A stretch of DNA of 64,000 nt from the human T2T-CHM13v2.0 reference genome, Homo sapiens. Shown here piece by piece: positions 48,881 to 64,000 of this stretch. The notes under the pieces were generated by a model, which ran no database searches, had not been told where the DNA came from, and saw nothing but the letters and a program-made list of their open reading frames with translations. The position numbers and the translations under genes were made by a program. Location: assembly GCF_009914755.1 (NCBI RefSeq), contig NC_060939.1; one strand, written 5' to 3'. The number at the start of each line of letters is the position of its first letter. The stretch's first letter is position 1.

Positions 48881-50635
48881 TGAACGGGATGTATTTTTTT
48901 GTAAGTCATTGATTGTCAGTTACTTGTACTTTGTAGTAAGAAAATACTGTATTTGGATTATTTTCAATATTACTAGATACATCTTAATATGCGAAAGGGA
49001 TGCATTTTGGTCCATTTGATGATAGAACAAAATTTGGTCATATTTAATTTAATTTAATTTTAATATTTACATGTAGTTTAAAATATTTTGGTCCAGTTGA
49101 CAGCACAATTTCGGATACTATATTTATTTATTTGATTTTATTTAATGTTCACATGTATTTTAAAACAGAGTAGTATCCCTGCAGAATAATTTTATCACAA
49201 CACTAATACAGCTTTGCCAGCATCCTTGTGTCATTTCTTTATGACAACATTGTGTGGTTGTTACAAGCACCTGCTTTGAAGTAAGGCAGCCTGTGTTCAA
49301 ATCTCATCCTTACTTATAAGTTGAATATAATCTTAAGCAAATTGCTTATCCTTTCTAAGTCTCTTCCTTTTCTTCTTTGACAAAGTACTTCTCACAGTCA
49401 AAGCTCTGGGTATAGTGCCTGGCACATAGTGATCATTCAATCAGTGGAAGCTATTAGGATCTTTTAAATCATTATCTTCCATTTCCCCTTTGGATTTCCT
49501 ACCACTTTTGTTCCTACAGTTATTTAGTACCATTTTGTTTACTTTCTTACCATTTCTGTTGTGTGACAGTTCTTCCTGTACTATTTCAAGAAGAGAAGTG
49601 CAGGCAACCTCAGGCTCACCTTCAGGCCCCATATCTGAGATTCCAGCAAAATCTCAAGCCTGCTTAGCAGTTAGCCATCCTGCTTATAAGAGGAACTGGA
49701 GAGCAGCATCATGGTTTCCCAAGCTGAAGATTCTTACCTGGGCCAGAGCCATGTTCTAGGACATTGCCATGTTTGCTTTAATCACTTACTGGTAAAAATA
49801 GATGGGATATTATAAAGTATACCAGTGTAGACTATGAATATCCAAGTATAATAACACAACTTCTAGCAAGATTGTCTGTTCCTTGTAAGAATTTGAATTT
49901 TGTTCAGCTTTCTAGCACCTCCTGAAGAATGGAGAAAAACAGGTTTTCACAGTGGCCACAGCCATCTGTAGGGACAGTTGAGGCTCCACTATCTTTTACT
50001 ACCTTGACCTACAAACATTTTTATAAAGATCAAATTGATTTGCAAGAGCAGACCTGATTAGTAGAACTGAGAAGGTCAACATGAAATAGGGAGATGTTTT
50101 AGGGGACAAAAGCAGGAGGTAGAAGGTGTGTGGAGAGAGGATGGAATTAACAATAGAAAAATATGGAGCCAAGGGTACATGAAGAACAGAGGAAAATCGA
50201 GGTAGGAGGTAGTGCACTCTGTTGCTAGGCAGCCAAGAACAGGCTTTTGGGTGTTGCCTGAGTAACAATAGAAGGGGATAATAAATATTTCAGTTTGTTA
50301 AGGAATCAGCTAGTAGTAAGTATCTCCTTTTCCTGTCCTTTGGCACTCTAACTCACCTAATATCCACCTGGGTATCTTATTTACTACTTTGAGAAGAGGC
50401 AAGCTAAATGGTTGAAAAGCAAGTGTTTAGCAGCCTATAATCTAATGGCAATGTCTTTCTAAAAGCGTTGAAACCTTTGTTGGTTTTACATTTTAGATTT
50501 ACTTATTATAGTTGCTCAGAATTAAAATCTTTTTCAGATTAAAAAAACATTTTATTACGGAAAAATTTAAATATGTACACAAGTACAAAGAATTACATAA
50601 TCTCCACATATTTATAATAGCTTCAGTTATTATTA

Positions 50636-50712
50636 CTATTATTAGCATTTCAGTAGTTTTTGGGGAACAGGTGGTTTTTGGTTACATGGGTAAGTTCTTT
50701 AGTGGTGATTTC
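50636..50712 (-). mobile_element. About 75 bp L1PB-like 3' end, TSD TAGCTTYAGTTATTATTA
   Basis: gtttttggggaacaggtggtttttggttacatgggtaagttctttagtggtgatttc; TSD 50618-50635 and 50713-50730. Confidence 0.8.
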
Positions 50713-51847
50713 TAGCTTTAGTTATTATTAATTCATGATTAATCCTATTTCATTGATAGCTCTACCCACATTCCTTTTCCTCTCACTTCCCTGGACACTC
50801 TCCCCAATTTCTCGGGCTTGGATTATGTAGAAGCGAATTCTAGACATCCTATAATTTTATCAGCAAATACTTCAGCATGAAGCACTAAAATATAAGGACT
50901 TTACAAAACACAAAACAATGTAATTTTTTACTTATAAAAATAATTCCTTAATATTATCAAATATCTGGTTAGTGTTTCTGATTGTCTTTCTCTTTTTCCA
51001 GTTTGATAGAATCAGAATTCAAGTAAGATTTATACATGTAACTTATTGATATACCTGTTAATTCTCTTTTAATCTATAGTTCTTCCTCCATCTCTGTTTT
51101 TTCCCTTGCAATTTAATTGTTGAAGAAACTGGGTCATACATCCTTTAGTTTTTCACAGTCTAGGTTTTGCTGATTACACCCCCATGGTGTAGTTTAATAT
51201 TTCCCTTATTGTCCTATATATTTTCTGTATATTGTTAGTTATATCTAGGGAGACCTACTGGATTCAGATTTGACTTTTTTTTTTTTTTTTGCAAGACTAC
51301 TTCATAGGTGGTGTTGTGTTCTTCCATCAAGAAATACATAACGTCGGATTTTTTGCCTTTTTAGGTATACATAGCCATAGAAAATTATTGCAAAATGATC
51401 ATATTTTAATTATAAACGGCTTCTTTAATTATTAGCTGAAATAGTTTACAGATTGAAACCTTTCTTCCTTTTGAGCTATTTTTCCATATGCAATTGGGTC
51501 TATTTCTATATTTTCTGTTCTGCTCCATTCATCTGTTCATGGCCAATGCTATACTATTTTTCATAATAGAGGCTTTATAATATATTTAAATATTTGATTT
51601 TAATATCTGATAAGGCTAGGCTTTGTTTTCCTGGCTGTTCTTATTTGTTCTTCCAAATAAACTTTATAATAAAATTTTCTAACTCCAGAAAAAAATTGAC
51701 ATTTTTAGAAACATATTAAATGTATAAATTAAAAGAGAGGATATGACATCTAAGCATCTTTATGATGCTGAATCTTTTCATCTGAGAACATGGTATAGCT
51801 TTCTATTTGTTGATATTTATGTCTTTCAAAAGATTTTATTATATTCC

Positions 51848-52325
51848 TGTATTAGTTTACTGTAGCTCCTATAACAAATTACCACAAACTTGATGGTTTA
51901 AAACAGCAAAAATTTATTCTCACAGTTCTAGAGGCCAGAAGTCTGGAATCCATTTCCCTGAGCCAAAATCAAGGCATAGACTGGGCTATGCTCCTTCTGG
52001 AAACTCAAGGGAAAAATACGCTCCTTGCGTCTTCTAGTTTCTGGTGGCTGCCTACATTCCATGACTTGTGGCCACATCAGTCTAATCTCTGCCTCTTCCT
52101 CCACATTACCTCTTCCTCTTCTGGGTGTGTGTCAAATCTCTCTGTGTCTATCTCTTATAAGAACATTTGTGACTGGATTTAGAGTCCACCCAGGTAATCC
52201 AGAATAATTGCCCCATGTCAAGAAACTTAATTTAACCACATCTGCAAAGACACTTCTTTCTTAAGGTAATATTTACAGGTTCTAGGGTGATATCTTTGAA
52301 TATTCATTATTTAGCCTACTATAAC
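51848..52325 (-). mobile_element. MLT1C/D-like MaLR LTR
   Basis: tgtattagtt...taacaaattaccacaaactt...cacagttctagaggccagaagtc...cacatctgcaaag. Confidence 0.85.
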
Positions 52326-52354
52326 TCTTCATATTGATTTTGGCATGTTTTTAA

Positions 52355-52669
<315 letters not shown>

Positions 52670-52687
52670 TAAACAACATCTTATTTC

Positions 52688-52736
52688 TTTTTTTTTTTTG
52701 AGACGGAGTCTCGCTCTGTCGCCCAGGCTGGAGTGC
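52688..52736 (-). mobile_element. Micro-Alu (about 37 bp of 3' end plus tail), TSD CTTATTTCTT
   Basis: T12 then gagacggagtctcgctctgtcgcccaggctggagtgc; TSD 52680-52689 and 52736-52745. Confidence 0.9.
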
Positions 52737-53598
52737 TTATTTCTTATATCTTCTAAGCAGTTTATATTTATATATTCATTTTGGTATATTGATTTTTATG
52801 ACTTGCTATTTATGAAATTCTCTTACTAATTGTAGTAGCTTTTCAATGGATTCTTTTGTGTTATCTGTATTTATAATTCTATCATCTGTATGTAAACATA
52901 GTTTTACCTCTTTCTGTCCAATTCTTATGTCTCCAATTATTTTCCCTCATCTAATTGCATTGACTAGTATCTCCAACATGATGTTAAATATTAACAGTAA
53001 TGAAGATATTAGGTATTCTTATCTTGTTCCTGTCTTTAGTGGAAAAGCTTCTACTGTTTCCCACTAAATAAGATACAAAGTATATTTTAATGTTCTTTTT
53101 AGGGAACATGTTTTTCTATATAATTTTAAGGGAAATTTATATTTAAAATGAGAAATGTAAGCAGTTACCTTTATAAAGAATAATATCTTATTAGTGATCT
53201 GTAGCTTTGAAAGTGTTTTAAAATATCTAATTTATTTGGTTCAGTGAGATAAAAAGGCAAGTGTAGTATCTTAGCTTTATAGTTAAGTGAATATCCAGAT
53301 AAGTTAAATAATTACCTAAGGTCATGCTGCTATAAATTGGTAGAGCCAGGACCAGGATCAAATATTTTATTTTCACTGCACAAGGCATATTCATTTTACT
53401 CAATTATTTTCCTTCATGAAGACTCTGATTCAGGACAATGCATTTTATAAGTATGAGTTTACATAAATAAGTTATTTTCCTTTTTAAAATGTGATTTTTA
53501 TACAATTTTGGTTTGCCATTAAAAAATAAAGGAGAAAAAATTCTTGAAACTTAAAAAAATAAATGTGACTTATAATGGTTTACTATATTAAATGATTG

Positions 53599-53599
<1 letters not shown>

Positions 53600-53629
<30 letters not shown>

Positions 53630-53634
53630 TGTGT
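53600..53634. repeat. (TG)n microsatellite
   Basis: TG run with one TA interruption. Confidence 0.95.
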
Positions 53635-55149
53635 TTAGTGAGTAAAACATTATAGTTAAAGTCTAAAGTCTCCTCTACTGACCAAATTGAGTCCCACTGC
53701 CTCTCCTTAGAGGCAACTGCCCATATGAGTTTAGTACATTATCATTACAGTCCATTAAAAAAATCTGCAGTTCACAGACAAAATATATGATACTATGTGA
53801 GTGATTTTTAAAAAGTATTATAAGGATAACATCAAACTCTATGTTTTATGCTTTCTTTTTCACTTATCATCATCATATGGATCTTAGGAGTATACAAGGT
53901 TTTTCTAAGCATTACATAAAATGCAGAATTTACTTTTAGAATCAAGACCTCCAGACGTGTGGTATCTTTCCACTAACCACATTGGCTCACTAAACTGTTC
54001 TCATTAAGAATTTTTTAATAATCAGCTGTGGAATCTAGTGTAATTTCATTGATCAGCATCTGTTTTTGAGGTGAAATGGGTTAATATAAATTATATCTGT
54101 TTTCTCATTGGGCGTAAATGCAGAACTTCCACCTCAAGCAGCCACCCCCTGATTTTACAGTTTTTGGGGGTTCATTTTGTTTGGGGCTCTTTTCTGATGG
54201 CTGTTCTGTTCAAAACCAATCTATTCTGGCCACTGTTAAAGGTTTATACTCTCTGTGAATAAAGTAGGAATATGCTAGCAGTACGAAAGAGATTTTGTAA
54301 AACTGTTAATGCTAATTACAAATGGTGCTTCTAGTAAATAAAGCTGGCCTCCTTAAAACTCAAAAAAAAAAAGAATTTTTTAAGATTTAGAAATATGCCT
54401 TCAATTTTGATTAAACGTCGATCTGGTCTTTCTAAGTTGTAACAGAATAAAGAAGAGAGGAGAAACATGTAAATACAAAGCAGTTTTTGAGTATTTTGTG
54501 CTTACCAAAAAGCTAAATAAAAGTGCCTCCTGAACAGAAAGTTTACTTTATTTAGCCTGCAGGGGGATGGTTCAGGTAGGCGTAATGCATTAGTGTTTGG
54601 TAAAAAGTGATTTACTTCCCTGAATTAAATCAATTTGTATACTTGAAAATGGCAAACCTTAAAATTGCCCATGGTAAAAAACCATAGCACTTAAAATTAA
54701 AATACCCTGGTTCAGGAGTAGTTGAACAGAATTCCAGAATATCTTAATATCTTACTATCTTTTCTGTTCTCCACGTTGGAAATGAGAGGCTTTACTGCTC
54801 AGATGCTGCAAAATAGGAGTATAAATAGAACTACCTTTTTTTTTTTTTTTTGCTTATCAAAATATTTTATTTTAGGAGACCCCTCAAAAAAAGACTCTCC
54901 ACATTAGATAGACGCCCCAACAATACCCTTGGGCTTTTTTTGTCTTTTCTGTATTTTTTCTTTTTTAAGTCAACTAAAACAATTTGATGCTTAAAATAAA
55001 AGACAGGAAATATTTCCTGACTAGACTTTAGTCAAGAATATATATATATTTTTGATCCGGGGGCAGGTGAGGAGAAGGAAGGTGCTGCCAGCGGTTCATG
55101 AAGTAGAACTACCATTTTGTTGTTAAGAGTGAAATGCTGATGATTTAGA

Positions 55150-55360
55150 CCAGGAACTCACAAACTTTTTCTGTAAAGGGTAATATAGTATTTTCAGCTT
55201 TGCAGGCCATGTGGTCTCTTACAATTACTCTAGTGTTGCAGGCAAAAGCACCTGTAGATAATACACAAACAAATAAGCAAGACTCATTGGGTTCCAATAA
55301 AACGTTACTTACTAAAACAGTTGAGTGGATATGAGTCACAGACTATAGTTAGATCTTTGT
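55150..55360. mobile_element. MER58A-like element
   Basis: caaactttttctgtaaaggg...ctttgcaggcca...gttccaataaaac. Confidence 0.75.
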
Positions 55361-55371
55361 TGGGTTGAAGG

Positions 55372-55791
55372 CAGTAGTATACTGGTAAATATTTAAAACT
55401 GGCTTTTCGGAGAGAGGAGGAAACTCTGATTTGTAGCATTTGCTCATTTACATGGCGTAGATACTCCAACCATGGTTGATTTCAAACTACCAAGTTGACA
55501 TCACTGAGCAGGGAGGTAGAGATGCACAGTAGCACACCATTATATGCATTTTCATCATACAGATACACTAGATGTAAATAACCTCACAAGCATAGAAAAT
55601 AGTAAAATAATTAGAAAGTGATGAGTTTGGGATATTTATTACCTTTGCTTTTAATATAATTTATTTGATTGTAAATGTAGATAAGTTAATTGTTAAATAA
55701 TGTCTGTGTTTAACATCTGGCTCACAAAATTCATAAAAATTTAACAATGGGCTCTAGTCAACCAGTATAAGCCTACTCCAGCACACCACTG
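55372..55791. mobile_element. MER63-like hAT-Blackjack element
   Basis: Inverted termini CAGTAGTATACTGG and CCAGCACACCACTG. Confidence 0.75.
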
Positions 55792-56037
55792 TGTTAGAGG
55801 ACATAATCAAGAATTTTCGTTTAATAAGTTGCCTGTTGAATCATAAGTTATATGGGAGAATAAAAGCAAAAATATAGAGAGAATGGTGTTAATATGCAAC
55901 TTTTGCACTAATCTTGCTCAACTGTTTTAATAAGAACCTGAAGAAATAATTTTGTTTATTTAAGTGAAAGTTGACTCTGTGTCAAAGGTGCTTTGCATAT
56001 TGGTTCTTTATTTCAATTTTTAAGTGATAGCATATGA

Positions 56038-57111
<1,074 letters not shown>

Positions 57112-57315
57112 ACAATAATATAAAAATTTTAAACCTACTTGATATTCCATAACAAAGCTGATTTAAGCAAACTGCATTTTTTCACAGGAGAAATAATCAT
57201 ATTCGTAATTTCAAAAGTTGTATAAAAATATTTTCTATTGTAGTTCAAATGTGCCAACATCTTTATGTGTCATGTGTTATGAACAATTTTCATATGCACT
57301 AAAAACCTAATTTAA

Positions 57316-57321
57316 AATAAA
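57316..57321 (+). terminator. SPESP1: SPESP1 polyadenylation signal AATAAA
   Basis: Canonical hexamer about 205 nt after the stop, followed by a GT/T-rich element (gtttgtagtttttt). Confidence 0.75.
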
Positions 57322-57549
57322 ATTTTGGTTCAGGAGTTTGTAGTTTTTTCTCATTAATTTTAAATGTTGTGAAGACCTTTACGATGTTTAAGCTTTGATT
57401 TTACTTGAATAGATTAGTTAAATTCATTCATTTTATGAGTTAAGAGACTGTGCTCTCTCTCACTCTATAGCTAGTTTTAAATAAAATAATTCTATAGACA
57501 TACAGTGTAAAATTTTGGGGCATATGGTCTTTCTTATTCTTTCAGATAA

Positions 57550-57853
<304 letters not shown>

Positions 57854-58179
57854 GAGTTTTCTGTCTTAATAGCATAACTTGGAGCTTGTATCTGCACTTT
57901 TATTTGGATATAGGTGTGCCTCCTTTAAAATGTAGATACTATATTAAGATACATCTCTATTCTTTTGTCATTAAGTACTTTTGGAGTATCAATGAGGGAC
58001 TGTAACCTGGATATGTAATGAAGTCATTCTCATTTCCTTTCTTTGTGTACATACACATTGAAGATTTTCAAATCTTTTGTCAAGAGAGTATGACTGACAC
58101 CATTAAGGTTAACTGTGTAGTATTATAATAATGGCTCAGGTAATTCTGTTTATGATTTGACCAGTATTATATTCAAATA

Positions 58180-59304
<1,125 letters not shown>

Positions 59305-59442
59305 TTAGTTGTATTGTAAAAAGTATTATATATAGGCTTTGTTTACTAAAAATACTCTTTTACTGTTATTTATAAAATAATTTTACTTTGGAAAATTTCA
59401 AAAATTTGCAAAAGTAAAGAATAATATAATGAATCCATGTAC

Positions 59443-59858
59443 ATGTCAACCTTAAAAAAAGACCTCATAGAGACAAGCTCTCTGAAACAAAAGATTTTAA
59501 TTGGGAATAAAAAAGCGTTGCAATTTAGGGTACACAAGCCATGAAAATCATAAGCACACACACCAGGAAAATCAGGACAAAGGGAGTTTTTAAAGCAGGA
59601 GTCCACACAAACTGCTTTGAAACAAAGCTCACTGCAGGAGATAGGCCTTGGTAGGCGCCTGTCCTGGTCAGATCATATCAGAAATGCTGAAGGCCAAGGA
59701 AATGCCTGAGAATAAGCTCTGATTACAGGATACATCCAAGATGTATAGGTATTTCAAGAATGTAAGCAGGAGGATTTTTTCTTTATGACCTCCCCAGCTC
59801 CCATTTTTGATTAGGGCTTTGACATAAGTGACTCCATTTTGTTATTGTTCACTTCCAC
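59443..59858 (-). mobile_element. ERV1-class solo LTR (subfamily unresolved)
   Basis: TG...CA ends interrupting an L1M fragment; gactccattttg motif near the end. Confidence 0.55.
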
Positions 59859-59958
59859 ATACCCATCATCTAGTCTCAACAATCATCTAAAGACTAATCT
59901 TCTTTCATCTATATCCCTACCCCTTTCCCCTCTTCCTATTTTATGTTGAATTAAATCA

Positions 59959-60365
<407 letters not shown>

Positions 60366-61429
60366 GTTTAATGATTTTTACTATCATCAAATATCTAGTC
60401 AATGTTCAAATTCCCAATTGTGAAATAATTTTTAAAATTTAGGGTTTATATGAATCGAGATTAAATAAAGTTCACACATTAAAATTGGTTGATTTGACTA
60501 ATAAGTCTCTTTTAATCTAAAGTATTCCTTTATACCTCTTTTTTTTCCCCTTTAGGTTTATTTACTGAAGAAATTGGTCATTTGTCCTATAGTTTCCCAC
60601 AATATGGATTTTGCTAATTGCATCCCCATAGTGCCATTTAGCATGTTCTCCTATCCTCTATCTTTTCTATAAATTGGTAGTTGGATCTAGAGAGGCTTCA
60701 TCAAACTGAGGTTTTTTTTTTTCTTTCTCTTTCTTCTTTTTTTTTTTTTTTTTTTTTTTTTGGCAAGATGCTGTTTTATTCTTCCATATGGTTGGGTCTC
60801 TTTTTGTATTTTTAGCAGACTTTTATGGTCATTGCCTAGATAGATTAATTGATCAGGTGATACAAAGTAGAGACATCATTCCTTCCATTATTATCTGGAA
60901 TGTGTCTATAAAGAGAAACTTTCATCTATTATTTGATTCCCCAGTGGTCTAGTGTGTATTGGAAAGACATCAAATGCTTGAATCCCTTTGCTTAATAATT
61001 TCCAGAATAATTAGTTCATAGAATCTCCAATGATACTCTATTTTATTAGTAGCCTTTATTTTTTTCAAACAATTTTAGTTTTACAGAGAAATTGATCAGA
61101 AAGTACAGAGTTCTCACATCCGTCTCTCTCCTCCCTGACACATCTTGTATTGGTGTGGTACATTTGTTATAATTAATGAACCTACATTGACACATCATCA
61201 TCACCTAAACTCCATAGTTTATACTAAGATTCGCTCTTGGTGTTTTACATTTTATGCATTTGGACAATTGTACATGTGTCCACCGTTATAGTATCACACA
61301 GAGTAGTTTCACTGCCCTAAAACCCTCTGTGTTTCATCTATTCATGCCTCTCTCTCCCCTAACTTCTGGCTGGCAACCACTGCTTTTTTTTTTTTTTTTC
61401 CACAATTTTGCCTTTTCCAGAATGTATAT

Positions 61430-62291
61430 ATAGTTGAGTAACTTATTTGAAATGTGTAGGACCAGAAGTGTTTTGAATTTTGTTTTTTTTTCAGATTTTG
61501 GTATTTGCATATACATAATGAGATATCTTGGGGATAGGATCCAAGTCTAAACATGAAATTCATTTATGTTTCATATATAGTTTATGCACAGAGCTTGAAG
61601 GTAATTTTCTATAGTATTTTTAATAATTTTGAACATGAAATAAGGTTTGTGTACATGACCCATCAGAAAGCAAAGGTGTCAATATCTCAGCCACCCATGT
61701 GGACAGTCTGTGGTTACTTAGCATCACTATCATTTCTGACTCTGAATTTATTTGCTACTGATAAGCGATTATTTTCTTACACTTATGCACACATAAGTAC
61801 TTGACAGTAAAAACATGACATACTATTAATACAGTGAAAAAATAATGTGTCAGTTGTGGAATTTTTCACTTGAGATGTCCTGTCAGCATTCAAAAGCTTT
61901 CAGATTTTGGAACATTTTGGATTTTTGTTTTGTTTTGTTTTTTTGCTTTTTGTTTTGAGACAGAGTCTCACTCTGTTTCCCAGGCTGGAGTGCAATGGTG
62001 CGATCTTGCTCACTGCAACCTCCGCCTCTTGGGTTCAAGCAATTCTCCTGCCTCAGCTTCCTGAGTAGCTGGGACTACAGGCGCGTGCCCCTATACCTGG
62101 CCAAATTTTTTTTGTGTGTATTTTTTTTAGTAGAGTCAGGGTTTTACTATGTTGGCCAGGCTGGTATCAAACTCCTGATCTCAAGTGATCCGCTGGCCTC
62201 GGCGTCCCAAAGTGCTGGGATTACGGGCCTGAGCCACAGCGCCCAGCCCATTTTGGATTTTGGATTTTCAGATTACGGATGCTCAGTCTGT
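61430..62291. mobile_element. Tigger4/MER46-like element split by an Alu
   Basis: ggaccagaagtgttttg...catacataatgagatatcttggggataggatccaagtctaaac...ttcagattacggatgctca. Confidence 0.8.
61922..62249 (-). mobile_element. AluS
   Basis: Antisense dimer with a (T4G)-type tail. Confidence 0.94.
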
Positions 62292-62600
62292 AGTTGGAAT
62301 CAATGCAGTCTGTAGCCTTTTCAGACTGGTTTCTTTCATTTAGTAATACACATGTAAGTTTCCTCTGTGTCTTTTAATGACTTGATAGTTTATTTCTTTT
62401 TGGTGTTGAATAATATTCTATTGTCTAGATGTACCACAATTTATTTATTCATTCACCTACTGAAGGACATCTTGGTTGCTTCTAAGTTTTGACAATTATG
62501 AATAAAGCTGACGTAAACGTTTATGTGCAGGTTTTTGTGTGGACAGAAGTTTTCAACTCCTTTGGGTAAACACCAAGGAGCATGATTGCTGAATCATACG

Positions 62601-63019
62601 TGATACGGTTTGAATGTGTGTCCCCTCTAAATCTCATGTTGAAATGTGATTCCCAATGTTGTAGATGGGGCTTGGTGGGAGATGACTGGATCACAGGGGC
62701 AGATCCCTTATGAATGATTTAGCATGATCCCTTTGGTGATAAGTGAACTCTTGCTCAGTTAGTTCATGTGAGATCTGGCTGTTTAAAAGTCTGGGACCTC
62801 CCCTCCTTGCTGTCTTGCTCCCACTCTCGCCATGTGATATGCTAGCTCTCTGTCACTTTGTGCCACGATTGTAAGCTCCCTCAGGCCCTCACCAGAAGTA
62901 GATGCTTGCACTACACTTCCTGTACAGCCTGTGGAACCGGGGGCCAATTAAACCTTTTTTCTTATAAATTACCCAGCCTCAGGTACTTCTTTATAGCAAT
63001 GCAAGAATGGACTAATACA
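62601..63019 (+). mobile_element. MSTB-like MaLR solo LTR
   Basis: tgatacggtttg...aaatctcatgttgaaatgt...ccaattaaacct...tttatagcaatgcaagaatggactaataca. Confidence 0.9.
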
Positions 63020-64000
63020 ACGTGGTAAGAGTATGTTTAGCTGTGCAAGAAATTGCCAAACTGTCTTCCAAAGCGGCTGTACCATGTTTGCATTCCCACC
63101 AAACGAATGAGAGTTTCTGTTACTTCACATACCCGCCAGCATTTAGTGTTGTTAGTATTCTGCATTTTGGCCATTCTAGTAGGTGTGTAGTGATATCTTA
63201 TTGTTATGATCTATTGCTTTTTAACCTTATTTTGTGATATAGATTCACATGTCTTATAGTTGTAAAAAATAATGCAGAGAGATCTAGTTAAATGTACCCT
63301 TTCCCTATTTCACCCAAATGTAGTTAAATTAGAGTACAATATAACAGCCAACATATAGATATTGGTACAAGATACAGAACATTTCCATCATCATAAAAAT
63401 CTCTCATGTTGCTGTTTTATAGCCACACCACTTCCCCCCTCCCTGTCTAACCACCGGTAATCACTATTCTGTTCTCCATTTCCATAATTTTGTCATTTCA
63501 AGAATGTTGTATGAATGGCATCATACAGTACATAATCTTTTTGGGACTAATTTTTTTTCATTAGCTTAACTCTCTAGAGATTTATCAAGATTTTTGCATG
63601 TATCAACTCATTCCTTTTTATTGCTGAGTGGTACTCCACAGTTTAACCATTTACTTGTTTCAGAATTTCTGGATTGTTTCCATGTCTTGGCTATTAGAAA
63701 AGAAAAGCTGCTGACAGAATGGGAGAAAATATTTGCAAATTATATATCTGATACAGATTATATATAATCTGACATTCATATACAGGTGTTTGTGTGAACA
63801 TAAGTTTTCATTTCTCTGGGATAAATGCCCAGGAGTGCCATTGTTGTGCGGTGTGGCAGTTGCATATTCAGTCTTATAAGAAACTGCCCAACTCTTTTCC
63901 AGAGTGGCTGTACCATTTAACATAACCACCAGCAGTGTATGAGTTTCTGTGTGCTTAATTCTGTGTGCTGAAATTTATTATGGATTCTTGCATGTATTAA

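Larger units (their letters stand above)
61060..63945 (-). mobile_element. L1MC-like fragments hosting nested Tigger4, Alu and MST insertions
   Basis: Antisense L1MC 3' motifs (aattaatgaacctacattgacacatcat; tgaataaagctg; ttgcattcccacc). Confidence 0.75.

Overview
This is human (or great-ape) genomic DNA, recognisable as the SPESP1 locus (15q23, upstream of NOX5). The only supportable protein-coding gene is two-exon SPESP1 on the + strand: exon 1 CDS 41172-41235 in a CpG island, a 14.9 kb phase-1 intron, and exon 2 CDS 56123-57111. The spliced CDS is 1053 nt (350 aa, N-terminal signal peptide), with AATAAA at 57316. Almost everything else is interspersed repeat: about 29 Alus, a 3 kb 5'-truncated L1PA nested in an older L1MB, old L1M/L2/MIR fragments, Tigger and hAT fossils, MaLR/ERV1 solo LTRs, and a truncated LTR12 next to the promoter. 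Nearly all other ORFs in the track are repeat-derived. I found no convincing new multi-gene system. The most interesting sequence-level observations are: a 9-codon uORF whose stop overlaps the SPESP1 start (ATGA); a divergently oriented, deletion-truncated LTR12 about 1.2 kb upstream of the promoter; a 42-bp-arm near-perfect inverted repeat with nested hairpins; a locally templated 45-bp insertion at an L1 5' junction; an Alu with a G-rich tail; and a 37-bp CpG-intact micro-Alu. Repeat subfamily names come from memory of consensus sequences and repeat boundaries are approximate.
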